From: a virus
Reading direction: 5' to 3' (one strand)
Virus record (IMG/VR): IMGVR_UViG_3300027749_000111
Location: 2,373-66,372 of that record
DNA length: 64,000 bases
Below the pieces are notes generated by a model that saw only the letters and a program-made list of their open reading frames with translations, was not told the origin of the DNA and searched no databases. Positions 28,235-36,316 of this stretch are shown here, in pieces. Positions within the stretch are counted from its first letter, which is position 1, and each line of letters opens with the position of its first letter. The position numbers and the translations under genes were made by a program.

Positions 28235-28609
28235 ATGCGTACAATTAAAAAGGTAAGTCATTGGGATTTTCACCCACACGTACGCAGTGGTGATCAACGA
28301 ACACTTGGAGAAAAATGTGCTGACATTATGCGTCGTTCTATGGGTAGTTGGCCTTTTGTCTTTAGCTTCTGTGCCGTTATGGCGTGGTGGATGTGGTATA
28401 ACAATACAACGCATCGTTCTTTTGATGCTTATCCTTTCATCCTGCTCAATCTCTGTTTGTCTACTCTCGCTGGTCTTCAAGGCGCTATTCTGCTTATAGC
28501 TGCCAAACGAGCAGATCGTATTCAAGCAGAACTTGCTGCTTACCACTTAAAGGTAAGCGAAGATCACCAGATAATGTTAGAACAATTAAAAGAAATGTTG
28601 TCCAAATAA
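28235..28609 (+). CDS. DUF1003 family membrane protein
   Basis: MGSWPF...FDAYPFILLNLCLSTLAGLQGAILLIA matches the DUF1003 pattern. Confidence 0.8.
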   Translation: MRTIKKVSHWDFHPHVRSGDQRTLGEKCADIMRRSMGSWPFVFSFCAVMAWWMWYNNTTHRSFDAYPFILLNLCLSTLAGLQGAILLIAAKRADRIQAELAAYHLKVSEDHQIMLEQLKEMLSK

Positions 28610-28674
28610 AAATTCATTGTTAAGAAACATTACAACGATGTAAAACTTAATCTATTATAGCAAAGGTTACGAAT

Positions 28675-29346
28675 ATGATTAAATTTGGCGCTCCCACTGT
28701 AACTTTAATGGGTAGAAGCGCACTGTCTAATATTAATTCTAATGTACAACCTATTGAATTGCATCATGTTAAACTAGAAGATTTTTCTAATTTTAAACCT
28801 GAAAAGGGTTTTGTTTATGTTGCTAGCCGTGCAATCAGTTCTCGTGTAAATGCCAACTATGATGGATGGCCTGTAGACCAAATTAAAAAAAGTTACAAAT
28901 CATTTGTTGGTCGTCCAATCTATGTAGAACACAACAATAGCGATCCAGATCGTGCGCGTGGAGTTATCCTAGATGCCATCTACAAAGAATCAAAGTTATC
29001 CAGTGGTATTGTTGATGCCAGCGTTTATTGTTTGATGGAAGTCGATGCTCAAACCTTTCCCAAATTGGCCAGTGCCATTATGGAAGGCAAACTAAAGGCT
29101 GTGAGCATGGGTGCTGATGTAGAAGGCACTCAGTGCAGCGCTTGCGGCAAGTATGCAAGCAAACCAAGCGAATACTGTGTGCATATCCCCAGACTAAAGG
29201 GGCGTACAGTAACAGTATACAAAGAAGGCAGCCGTTCAGAAAGCTTGGTATTTGAAAGTTGCATCAAGCCTAACTTTTTTGAATTGAGCTTTGTATTTGA
29301 TCCAGCTGATGAAAGCGCCTGGGTTACAGACAAGAGGCGTTACTAA
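28675..29346 (+). CDS. Capsid maturation (prohead) protease
   Basis: NANYDGW, FVGRPIYVEH, RGVILD, VSMG, CSAC...CVH insert and FFELSFVFDPAD; lies between portal and scaffold. Confidence 0.8.
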   Translation: MIKFGAPTVTLMGRSALSNINSNVQPIELHHVKLEDFSNFKPEKGFVYVASRAISSRVNANYDGWPVDQIKKSYKSFVGRPIYVEHNNSDPDRARGVILDAIYKESKLSSGIVDASVYCLMEVDAQTFPKLASAIMEGKLKAVSMGADVEGTQCSACGKYASKPSEYCVHIPRLKGRTVTVYKEGSRSESLVFESCIKPNFFELSFVFDPADESAWVTDKRRY

Positions 29347-30140
29347 TGGAATTGGTAGTGCACGATAACTTAAAGATAGCATTAGAATTGTTGCGGTTGC
29401 CAAGCTTTTCACAACCAGTTGACAATTGCCCAAAGTGTGGTGTGTCTAGTTTTTCAATAAAAAATGATGGTATATGTCAGAACCGTACAACTTGTGGTTA
29501 TATTGATCCTCAAGTTGAAGCTGATATGGCTGCCTGGCAACAGGCTACAATGCTCCAACAACAAATTAACGAAGAAAAGAACCAAGACCTTGGCAAATCA
29601 AAACCAAAGGCAAAGAATAAAAAGAAGGCTATCAGAGAGGCTGCTCAACAGAGCCCATCTGTACCCATTAAAAATTATAATAATTCTTTAGAAATTTCTG
29701 AAGCAAAAAGATGTAAAATGTGTGGTGAAAAGAGTATAGTAGATGGTAACTGTACTACAAGAATGCCAGACGGTGGCCTTTGTGCAGGAACAAAAGCTAT
29801 ATTTGATATAGAATCAAAAGAGTTTACTGGTATTGATGAAAAAGCTTTAGACATTAGAGGCCCCAAAATCAGGCCAACTTTTACTGTTTGGAACAGTCCA
29901 GCAAAGAAAAAAATAAAAGCTTCAAAGAATATCTTAGATTTAAAAATCTCACTAACAATAGATCCCAGGGCTGTACCGCCAGGAACTATGTTAGACAACA
30001 GCATTGTTGTAGCAGATGAACCTGCTACAAGAGCGCAAGAAATGTTAGAGATCGATGCACAGATGCAAGCAAGGCAAAAGCTTGATGCATCAATGCAACA
30101 AGGTCAATCTGACACTGATACAGAAACAACCAATAGCTAG
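29346..30140 (+). CDS. Hypothetical head-module protein with Zn ribbons
   Basis: CPKC...C..C and CKMC; LKIAL and KIKAS motifs. Confidence 0.7.
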   Translation: MELVVHDNLKIALELLRLPSFSQPVDNCPKCGVSSFSIKNDGICQNRTTCGYIDPQVEADMAAWQQATMLQQQINEEKNQDLGKSKPKAKNKKKAIREAAQQSPSVPIKNYNNSLEISEAKRCKMCGEKSIVDGNCTTRMPDGGLCAGTKAIFDIESKEFTGIDEKALDIRGPKIRPTFTVWNSPAKKKIKASKNILDLKISLTIDPRAVPPGTMLDNSIVVADEPATRAQEMLEIDAQMQARQKLDASMQQGQSDTDTETTNS

Positions 30141-30148
30141 GAGCTACC

Positions 30149-31675
30149 ATGAGTCGTTTTGATGACGAATTAATCAAGCAAGCTGAAAACGCCTACGAAC
30201 TTCGTGTTGGTCCAGGTGCTGTTCAAACACCCCGCCAGATTCCCCACATTCAAAATATTCAACCCTATGCTGATGCTTTGGTCCCAGCAGAAACTGGCAT
30301 TAGCAACCAAATGAATTTGACCAGTGCTGATCGCCCTGTTACCAGAATGCTTGATGTTCGTGACCTTGACGCCGCTGACCCAGCTGGTGGAAAACCTGGT
30401 GAAATTGTTGGTATGCCTGGCATGAGCAATGTATACGCTTTGGGCGGACCAGACCCAGTTATCCAACCGGGCGCTCTTGTTCCCAGCACTGGCTTTGGTG
30501 GTGACATTGCTGGCCTGCCACAAGGCAGTCTTGGCGTTCTTCCAAAGGCTGCTAGCATAAACCCAATTGATGAAAGTTTGTATCAAGTTTACAAGGCTAG
30601 CCGCGAAGTGCGTGATGCAATTGCTAGTGAAATTGATTTTGATTTTGGTAATTTGATCACTGCTAGCAATGAAGCATCTACAGTAATGCGTTTTGCTAGT
30701 GCTGACAATGAAATCAATCAAATTATTGGCACCGTTGCCAACATTGTACTTGACATTGAAAATGACCTTATTGAAACTGGTGATTTTAAGCAGGCTAGTG
30801 CTGACCTTGAATCATTGGAAGGTTTATTGGATGATGTTAACAAGTACGCTAAAAAGAAGAACTGCACCAGTTGCAAGGGTGAAGGTTGCGATGAATGCAA
30901 AGACGAAGAGGGTACCACAGCTGCCAAGAAGAAAAAGAAGGGCATGCCACCTTGGCTAAAGAAAAAAGGTGACGACGACGAAGACGACGACGACGAAGAC
31001 GAAGATGATGAATGCAGCAATTGTCATGGTAAAGGTTGTGACAAGTGCAAGAAATCCAAGTCAAAGAAGAAAAAGAAGGCTTCTGCTTATTATGCCACCA
31101 ACGGTAACCAGGAGACTGGTGTCACCATTGACGTTCGTGATCTTGATGATCAAGCCGGGTTGTTTAGCCGTTTGAAAGTTATGACTCCTGACTTTACCAC
31201 CAATCCTCTTGACGCTGAAGAAATCAATGCTGAAGATGCTGGTTACGTTAAATTTTACAATGATGGTTCTTCGACCGGTATCATACCTGGACAAGAGCCT
31301 CACAAGACGGAGGTATTCCCAATGGATGGCACTAACCCTGCTTATGTTCCTTACCAGAATGCTCTCGGTGCCGTACAGGCTAGCCGTGAACGTATCTTTG
31401 ATTCTCTGCAAGTTGTAGAGCGTCTCGAGAAGCTTGGAATGGTCAGTAGTGATGACCGTGCCAAGCACCTCGCTAAATTTGAGCAGATGTCCGATTCTAA
31501 GCTTGCTGGTTTTAAAGCTAGTTTGGACATGCTTGAAGAGTCTGGGGCTCGTCAACCCCGGAGCCAGAAATTGGCAAGTGGTTCTAGCCGCCTGCCAGAA
31601 ATGGGTCGGTTGACAACGGCCTCAACAGTTAATCGTCAGCAGCTTTCCGCTGATGACTGGCTGATGACACTTTAA
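30149..31675 (+). CDS. Putative scaffold protein
   Basis: Upstream of decoration and capsid genes; KKKKGMPPWLKK plus acidic tract; repeated DVRDLD; many [K/R]xA motifs. Confidence 0.65.
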   Translation: MSRFDDELIKQAENAYELRVGPGAVQTPRQIPHIQNIQPYADALVPAETGISNQMNLTSADRPVTRMLDVRDLDAADPAGGKPGEIVGMPGMSNVYALGGPDPVIQPGALVPSTGFGGDIAGLPQGSLGVLPKAASINPIDESLYQVYKASREVRDAIASEIDFDFGNLITASNEASTVMRFASADNEINQIIGTVANIVLDIENDLIETGDFKQASADLESLEGLLDDVNKYAKKKNCTSCKGEGCDECKDEEGTTAAKKKKKGMPPWLKKKGDDDEDDDDEDEDDECSNCHGKGCDKCKKSKSKKKKKASAYYATNGNQETGVTIDVRDLDDQAGLFSRLKVMTPDFTTNPLDAEEINAEDAGYVKFYNDGSSTGIIPGQEPHKTEVFPMDGTNPAYVPYQNALGAVQASRERIFDSLQVVERLEKLGMVSSDDRAKHLAKFEQMSDSKLAGFKASLDMLEESGARQPRSQKLASGSSRLPEMGRLTTASTVNRQQLSADDWLMTL

Positions 31676-31698
31676 CCCCTACCTAAGGAGAAAGAAAC

Positions 31699-32220
31699 AT
31701 GCTGCAACTTAATAGCGTAGCCAACGTTGGGGTACACCGTACGTGCACCCCATTGTACGAAAAGTACGAGGCTACACCATACAACACATTCCTGGACCCC
31801 AGTGACACGACCAATATCTATTCAGGTATGGTCATGTACCGCACTGGTCCTGACACTGTTGCCAATGCTGGTACAGCTGCGTCTGGAGTCGGTGCAAAGC
31901 CTTTTGGCCTCAGCTGCTTGGACCGCAATCCCAACATTGACGATGTAACCCAGGTTGGTATCAACTCTTGGGCTGTTTGGCTTGGAGGAAGCAACGCTTT
32001 CTTTACACTGACTGCTCCTGCCTTTGACACCACTCAGGCTTACAACGTTTTGACTACTGGTGCTCGTACGCTTCTGTACACCGCTTCCGGTACTGGTCAG
32101 GTAACTGCGGTTTCTGGTGCTGCCACCACACTTGCTTCAGTTCCTGTCGCTGAGCTGATCGATGTTATCAGCCCAACACAAATTGTTGTCCGCCTTGTTC
32201 CATTCGGCGCTACAGCCTAA
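31699..32220 (+). CDS. Capsid decoration/minor head protein
   Basis: 173 aa, strong SD AAGGAG, immediately before the capsid gene, high-expression codon bias. Confidence 0.7.
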   Translation: MLQLNSVANVGVHRTCTPLYEKYEATPYNTFLDPSDTTNIYSGMVMYRTGPDTVANAGTAASGVGAKPFGLSCLDRNPNIDDVTQVGINSWAVWLGGSNAFFTLTAPAFDTTQAYNVLTTGARTLLYTASGTGQVTAVSGAATTLASVPVAELIDVISPTQIVVRLVPFGATA

Positions 32221-32239
32221 CCCTGAAAGGTAAATAAAC

Positions 32240-33253
32240 ATGAGTAACATTTTCCCTAATGGCGCTGTAGCCGATCACCTGGCTCCACGCGTTGCAAAGA
32301 AGTCTGATGACTACGTTGCTGGAATCGTAGAGGCTCAAGAGCGTCTCGCTTCGGCTACTGGTCGTAAGACTGCTTCCCGTGATGAGAAGCAACGCCGCCT
32401 CGCCGGTATCCTTGCTGACAAGGACAACTACATGGTCCGTTTGGGCCAGGGTATGATTGGTCCAATCCAGTTGAAGCTTCGTTACCAGGGTATGACCCGT
32501 AACGTGCTGCTGGAAGACCCATTGACTCCTGGTGTACCAGTCATGTACGACGTACTTGACGAATACGGTCAGGCCTATATTCTTTCTGGTAACGAAGGTG
32601 AAGTCCGTGTGACACCCTTCGAAGGCAAGAAGGTTCCAGTACGTTTGTTCCGTATTGCTACCTTCCCCCAGATCAAGAAGGAAGACCTCTGGTACCTGCG
32701 TGTTAACATCGTTGAGTATGCTCAGGACATGAGCAAGCAAGCTATCATGATGCAGGAAGACGCTCGTCTTATCACTGTGCTTGAGGCTGCTATCAACAAC
32801 TACGCTGTTGACCCCAACCACGTTGTTAGCCCCAACCACATCGTCAACGAACTGTCGGGTTACATTACCCCAGACTCGATGTACGACCTGGTTGCCCTGA
32901 TTGAAGTCCACCAGTTGGAGGCCAGTCGTCTTTTGTTCAACCCAATCGACTACCGTGACCTCTACAAGTGGGACATCAACCAGACCGGTTGGGCCTTCAA
33001 GGACCGCGTTGTTGCCGGTGAGCGTATCGTTCAATTTGGTGGCTTCCAAGTTCAGCGTTCGATTGAAGTACCTCAGGGTACTGTTTACATGACCCCAAGC
33101 CCCGAGTTCCTCGGTGTCTTCCCAGTCATGTACTCGCTCGACGTCGAAGAGAACCACACCCCTGAGAAGTTCCACAAGGGTTGGGTCATGGACGAGCTCG
33201 TTAGTGAGATTGTTCTTAACCCCCGTGGTTTGGGCAAGATCGTTAAGGCCTAG
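32240..33253 (+). CDS. Major capsid protein (HK97 fold)
   Basis: 337 aa; MIGPIQLKLRYQG, FRIATFPQI, QEDARL and LNPRG motifs; strongest C-ending codon bias; followed by a hairpin. Confidence 0.9.
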   Translation: MSNIFPNGAVADHLAPRVAKKSDDYVAGIVEAQERLASATGRKTASRDEKQRRLAGILADKDNYMVRLGQGMIGPIQLKLRYQGMTRNVLLEDPLTPGVPVMYDVLDEYGQAYILSGNEGEVRVTPFEGKKVPVRLFRIATFPQIKKEDLWYLRVNIVEYAQDMSKQAIMMQEDARLITVLEAAINNYAVDPNHVVSPNHIVNELSGYITPDSMYDLVALIEVHQLEASRLLFNPIDYRDLYKWDINQTGWAFKDRVVAGERIVQFGGFQVQRSIEVPQGTVYMTPSPEFLGVFPVMYSLDVEENHTPEKFHKGWVMDELVSEIVLNPRGLGKIVKA

Positions 33254-33268
33254 TCTTAACCCTCGCAA

Positions 33269-33304
33269 TGGGTGGGGTCTAGGTGCTTTCCTAGGCCCCA
33301 CCCA
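33269..33304 (+). terminator. Strong hairpin after the capsid gene
   Basis: TGGGTGGGGTCTAGG-TGCTTT-CCTAGGCCCCACCCA. Confidence 0.75.
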
Positions 33305-33386
33305 GCTGTAAAAAATGTATTAAAAGCAATTCTAGAATTCCTAGATTTGTTAGGGCAAATAGCCCCTTGAAACAAGGAGAATTAAA

Positions 33387-33950
33387 ATGGCAAGAACAGT
33401 ATCTCGTAGTGGTGATAACGGAGAATCAACTCCAGTCCCAGTGGTTGCTCTAGATGGTTTCATCGAAGAGCACAAGGCTGACCCTGCAGACCTGAGTGCA
33501 GCAAGGATCCCAACGGCTCCAGCAGCATTCACAGGAATGAAGGAAGTTCAGACTGCTGACTGGATTGAGAATCTTATGACCAGTGCAACAGTATTCTCAA
33601 GCCCCAAAGGTAGCTTCAAGCTAGCTTCCGCAGGTATCCACGGTAGCATCCAGCCAATTGCGGCTGAGATCCGACAGGATCCATATGTACTAAGAGCAGT
33701 ACAACGTGGTCGAATTGCCTTCATCACTGAAGAAAAGGCCATGGAAAAGATCGCTACTCTTGCAGATGAAAGCAGTACAAGTGAAACCCACATGGATCGC
33801 CTTCGTGAGAGTCTTAATGCTGGTGCCAGCGAAAACAATGGGATGTACAAAATTCCATTGCCAGATGAAGCAGAGCCAAAGGGCAAGTCACAAAGCTTTG
33901 AAGAGGTCTGGGCAACAAGCACTAGCATGCCAACAAATTTAAATAAATAA
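33387..33950 (+). CDS. Hypothetical protein, head-associated region
   Basis: SD AAGGAG, 187 aa. Confidence 0.75.
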   Translation: MARTVSRSGDNGESTPVPVVALDGFIEEHKADPADLSAARIPTAPAAFTGMKEVQTADWIENLMTSATVFSSPKGSFKLASAGIHGSIQPIAAEIRQDPYVLRAVQRGRIAFITEEKAMEKIATLADESSTSETHMDRLRESLNAGASENNGMYKIPLPDEAEPKGKSQSFEEVWATSTSMPTNLNK

Positions 33951-33990
33951 CCCGGTGGGGCTAGCGTTCCACCTTGTATAAGGAGCTTAA

Positions 33991-34281
33991 ATGAGCGACA
34001 CTAGCAATAAAACAGCTGCTGAAGAAGCAATTGCTTTTACAGTGGTAAACGCCGAAAGTGCTGGACCGCTGGGTGCTGTTATTCCTAGCGGTACTGTTTT
34101 GAGTGGAACAACTGTTTTTAACCAACCATGGTTTACCCCCTGGGTTCCACAAACATTTCCTGGGACTGTAAGTGGTGGTTATGCACAGCCCATGCTGAGT
34201 GGTACAGGATACGCCGGTCAGAACCTTGCTGGCTTTGTTTTTCAAAATGACCAGTACAACACAACCGTGAGAGGATTCTAA
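33991..34281 (+). CDS. Small putative virion protein
   Basis: SD AAGGAG; NKTAA; several xSG. Confidence 0.7.
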   Translation: MSDTSNKTAAEEAIAFTVVNAESAGPLGAVIPSGTVLSGTTVFNQPWFTPWVPQTFPGTVSGGYAQPMLSGTGYAGQNLAGFVFQNDQYNTTVRGF

Positions 34282-34283
34282 TT

Positions 34284-35030
34284 ATGGCTATTACACCTAA
34301 TGTACCAGCAGAGCAGGGCAACAAGACTGTTCTTCGTGCTAACACTCGTGGTGGTAACAATGTTATTACCGTGTTTGACCCAGTTGATCCAGCATTAATG
34401 GTCAATGCTTTCACACAGGCTAGTGGTGTTCTTCGCTTGACTGGTGTTAGCAGTGCCGTTACATTTTCAATCAGCGGTAGTGCTGGTGGTAACAGCGCCA
34501 CAATCACCGGTTCAACCGGTAAGGTAAGCGACCTTGTAACAGCGCTTGGCAATGGCCCACTGGCTAGCATTCAATTCTTTGTTAACGCTGGACCCTCTCA
34601 GTTCCTCAAGGGCAACACTGGGACCAACACAAGCACCGGTGGTGCTGTTGTTGACATCATTGTTCCCAGCGGTGTTGTTCTAACAGTTATCAGTGGAACT
34701 GGTGGCGTACCACCCACCATTACAGCTGTTACTCTTACAGGCACACTTGGATCAACTTACCCTAGCTACGCTGGTATTCCCAATGCAACACCAACATGGA
34801 TTGATGACGTTACTGTACACAGCTACAGCGTTGGTTATGCTGGTATCATTAACAATGCGATTACCCTCAGTGGCCAGACTGGTGTTAACACTGCCAACAC
34901 TGTTCAAAGCCAAGTTCGTCAGATCAGCACTGGTGTTAGCGAAACTCAAGAGTACGATGGTTACTTTGCCACCTACAGTGGGAACCTTTTCCAGACTGCC
35001 CAGAAGCGGACATACCGTCAGCAGAGCTAA
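34284..35030 (+). CDS. Putative virion structural protein
   Basis: 248 aa, G/T/S/V-rich. Confidence 0.7.
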   Translation: MAITPNVPAEQGNKTVLRANTRGGNNVITVFDPVDPALMVNAFTQASGVLRLTGVSSAVTFSISGSAGGNSATITGSTGKVSDLVTALGNGPLASIQFFVNAGPSQFLKGNTGTNTSTGGAVVDIIVPSGVVLTVISGTGGVPPTITAVTLTGTLGSTYPSYAGIPNATPTWIDDVTVHSYSVGYAGIINNAITLSGQTGVNTANTVQSQVRQISTGVSETQEYDGYFATYSGNLFQTAQKRTYRQQS

Positions 35031-35076
35031 TGAAAAGCATTGCGAACACAACGCAATTATCAATAGAAATAATACG

Positions 35077-35115
35077 AAACGACGGTACTCGGGAAATCCT
35101 GGGTACCGTTGTTTT
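35077..35115 (+). terminator. Intrinsic terminator
   Basis: AAACGACGGTACTCGG-GAAAT-CCTGGGTACCGTTGTTTT hairpin with a T tail. Confidence 0.7.
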
Positions 35116-35129
35116 ATCAAAGGCTGACA

Positions 35130-35753
35130 ATGACAACGACAGTATTGACCAGTTCAGTAAGGAATAATTTAGTATCTACTGTGTTGGGTAGTGGATACAA
35201 TTCTGCTTACCCAAATTACATACAGTGGGGAACTGGTAGTTCATCTGCTCTTGCTACCGATCAAACCGTTAGCAATCCTTTGGATAGTAGGATAGCGCTG
35301 TCAAAGACAGTTACTACAACTACTACCAGCGGAGATACTCTATTGCTTACTGCTAAGCTTACTAGCAGTGGTACTAATAATATTACTAACCTTGGTGTTT
35401 TTACAGTTCAGTCTAGCACAGCTGATGGTACACTTGCAACTCAGCTCAATCCTGTGGTAACAACGGTAAATGTCAGTGGTTACAATAATTTTCCAAGCAT
35501 TTTTCCATTTGATGTACAAGTGCTCAATGAAGTAATGACTGTTGTCACTGGAAATGGATCTTCTCAATGGACAGTTATTCGTGCAACCAATGGCAGCCCC
35601 ATCAGTAGCAGTGTAATACCCTCTACAACTCGCATAGTAGGTGGGAATAATACTGCAAATGGTACCATGTTTTTAAAGTCTAGTTTTGACGGTGGTGTCT
35701 TATTAAATGCTGGTGATGCTTTACAATTCAAAATTAGCCTACAGTTTATATAG
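35130..35753 (+). CDS. Putative minor tail/fibre-associated protein
   Basis: ATG 35130; YIQWGTG...ITNLGVF...LNAGDALQF pattern of phage fibre-base proteins. Confidence 0.65.
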   Translation: MTTTVLTSSVRNNLVSTVLGSGYNSAYPNYIQWGTGSSSALATDQTVSNPLDSRIALSKTVTTTTTSGDTLLLTAKLTSSGTNNITNLGVFTVQSSTADGTLATQLNPVVTTVNVSGYNNFPSIFPFDVQVLNEVMTVVTGNGSSQWTVIRATNGSPISSSVIPSTTRIVGGNNTANGTMFLKSSFDGGVLLNAGDALQFKISLQFI

Positions 35754-35761
35754 GAGCAATA

Positions 35762-36304
35762 ATGGCAGCTTTCAACTCTAACTATCTTTTCCCCAATGAA
35801 GGTCTAGACTACATTCTTAATATTTTCCCACGTGGCACCAACCCGTTGCCCAGTGGTACATACATGGGATTGTTCTCTACTCCATGGAGCACTATTCAAG
35901 CTAGTGGTACTCCCAACGTAACACTCAATGGTGTTGCCAATAGCAGTGCGTATTTCATCCAAGAAGCTAACTTTACTGGGTATTCACGTCAATTCATCCC
36001 ATCTGGTGCAACCTATTGGACAGCGCCAATCGGTGCTAGCTTTACTGTAAGTGGTACTGTAAGCGGTCAAACTACCACTACCAATAGTGGTTATACCTTT
36101 AGCGCAACAGCTACTGGTACAGCATATGGTATCTTTATATCCAACAGCGGTACTGCAGCTGTGACATCCAGTGGTACAGGAAATAGTACTAACCCAACTG
36201 TAATTTGGTACGCTCCATTTAGCGATCTTAATGCTGTAACGGTTGCTAGCGGTGACAGTATCACTGTAACTCCAACTTGGCAATTTGCTCCTAACGCAGG
36301 ATAA
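35762..36304 (+). CDS. Putative minor tail/fibre protein
   Basis: PNEGLD...YMGLF...GYSRQ...VTVASGDSITVT pattern; SD AGGAG. Confidence 0.7.
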   Translation: MAAFNSNYLFPNEGLDYILNIFPRGTNPLPSGTYMGLFSTPWSTIQASGTPNVTLNGVANSSAYFIQEANFTGYSRQFIPSGATYWTAPIGASFTVSGTVSGQTTTTNSGYTFSATATGTAYGIFISNSGTAAVTSSGTGNSTNPTVIWYAPFSDLNAVTVASGDSITVTPTWQFAPNAG

Positions 36305-36316
36305 TAGGTACGCCAT

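Noticed and set aside
32210-33301. 363-aa antisense ORF over the major capsid gene
   Set aside because: Shadow of strong codon bias on the sense strand; no SD and no protein-like motifs.
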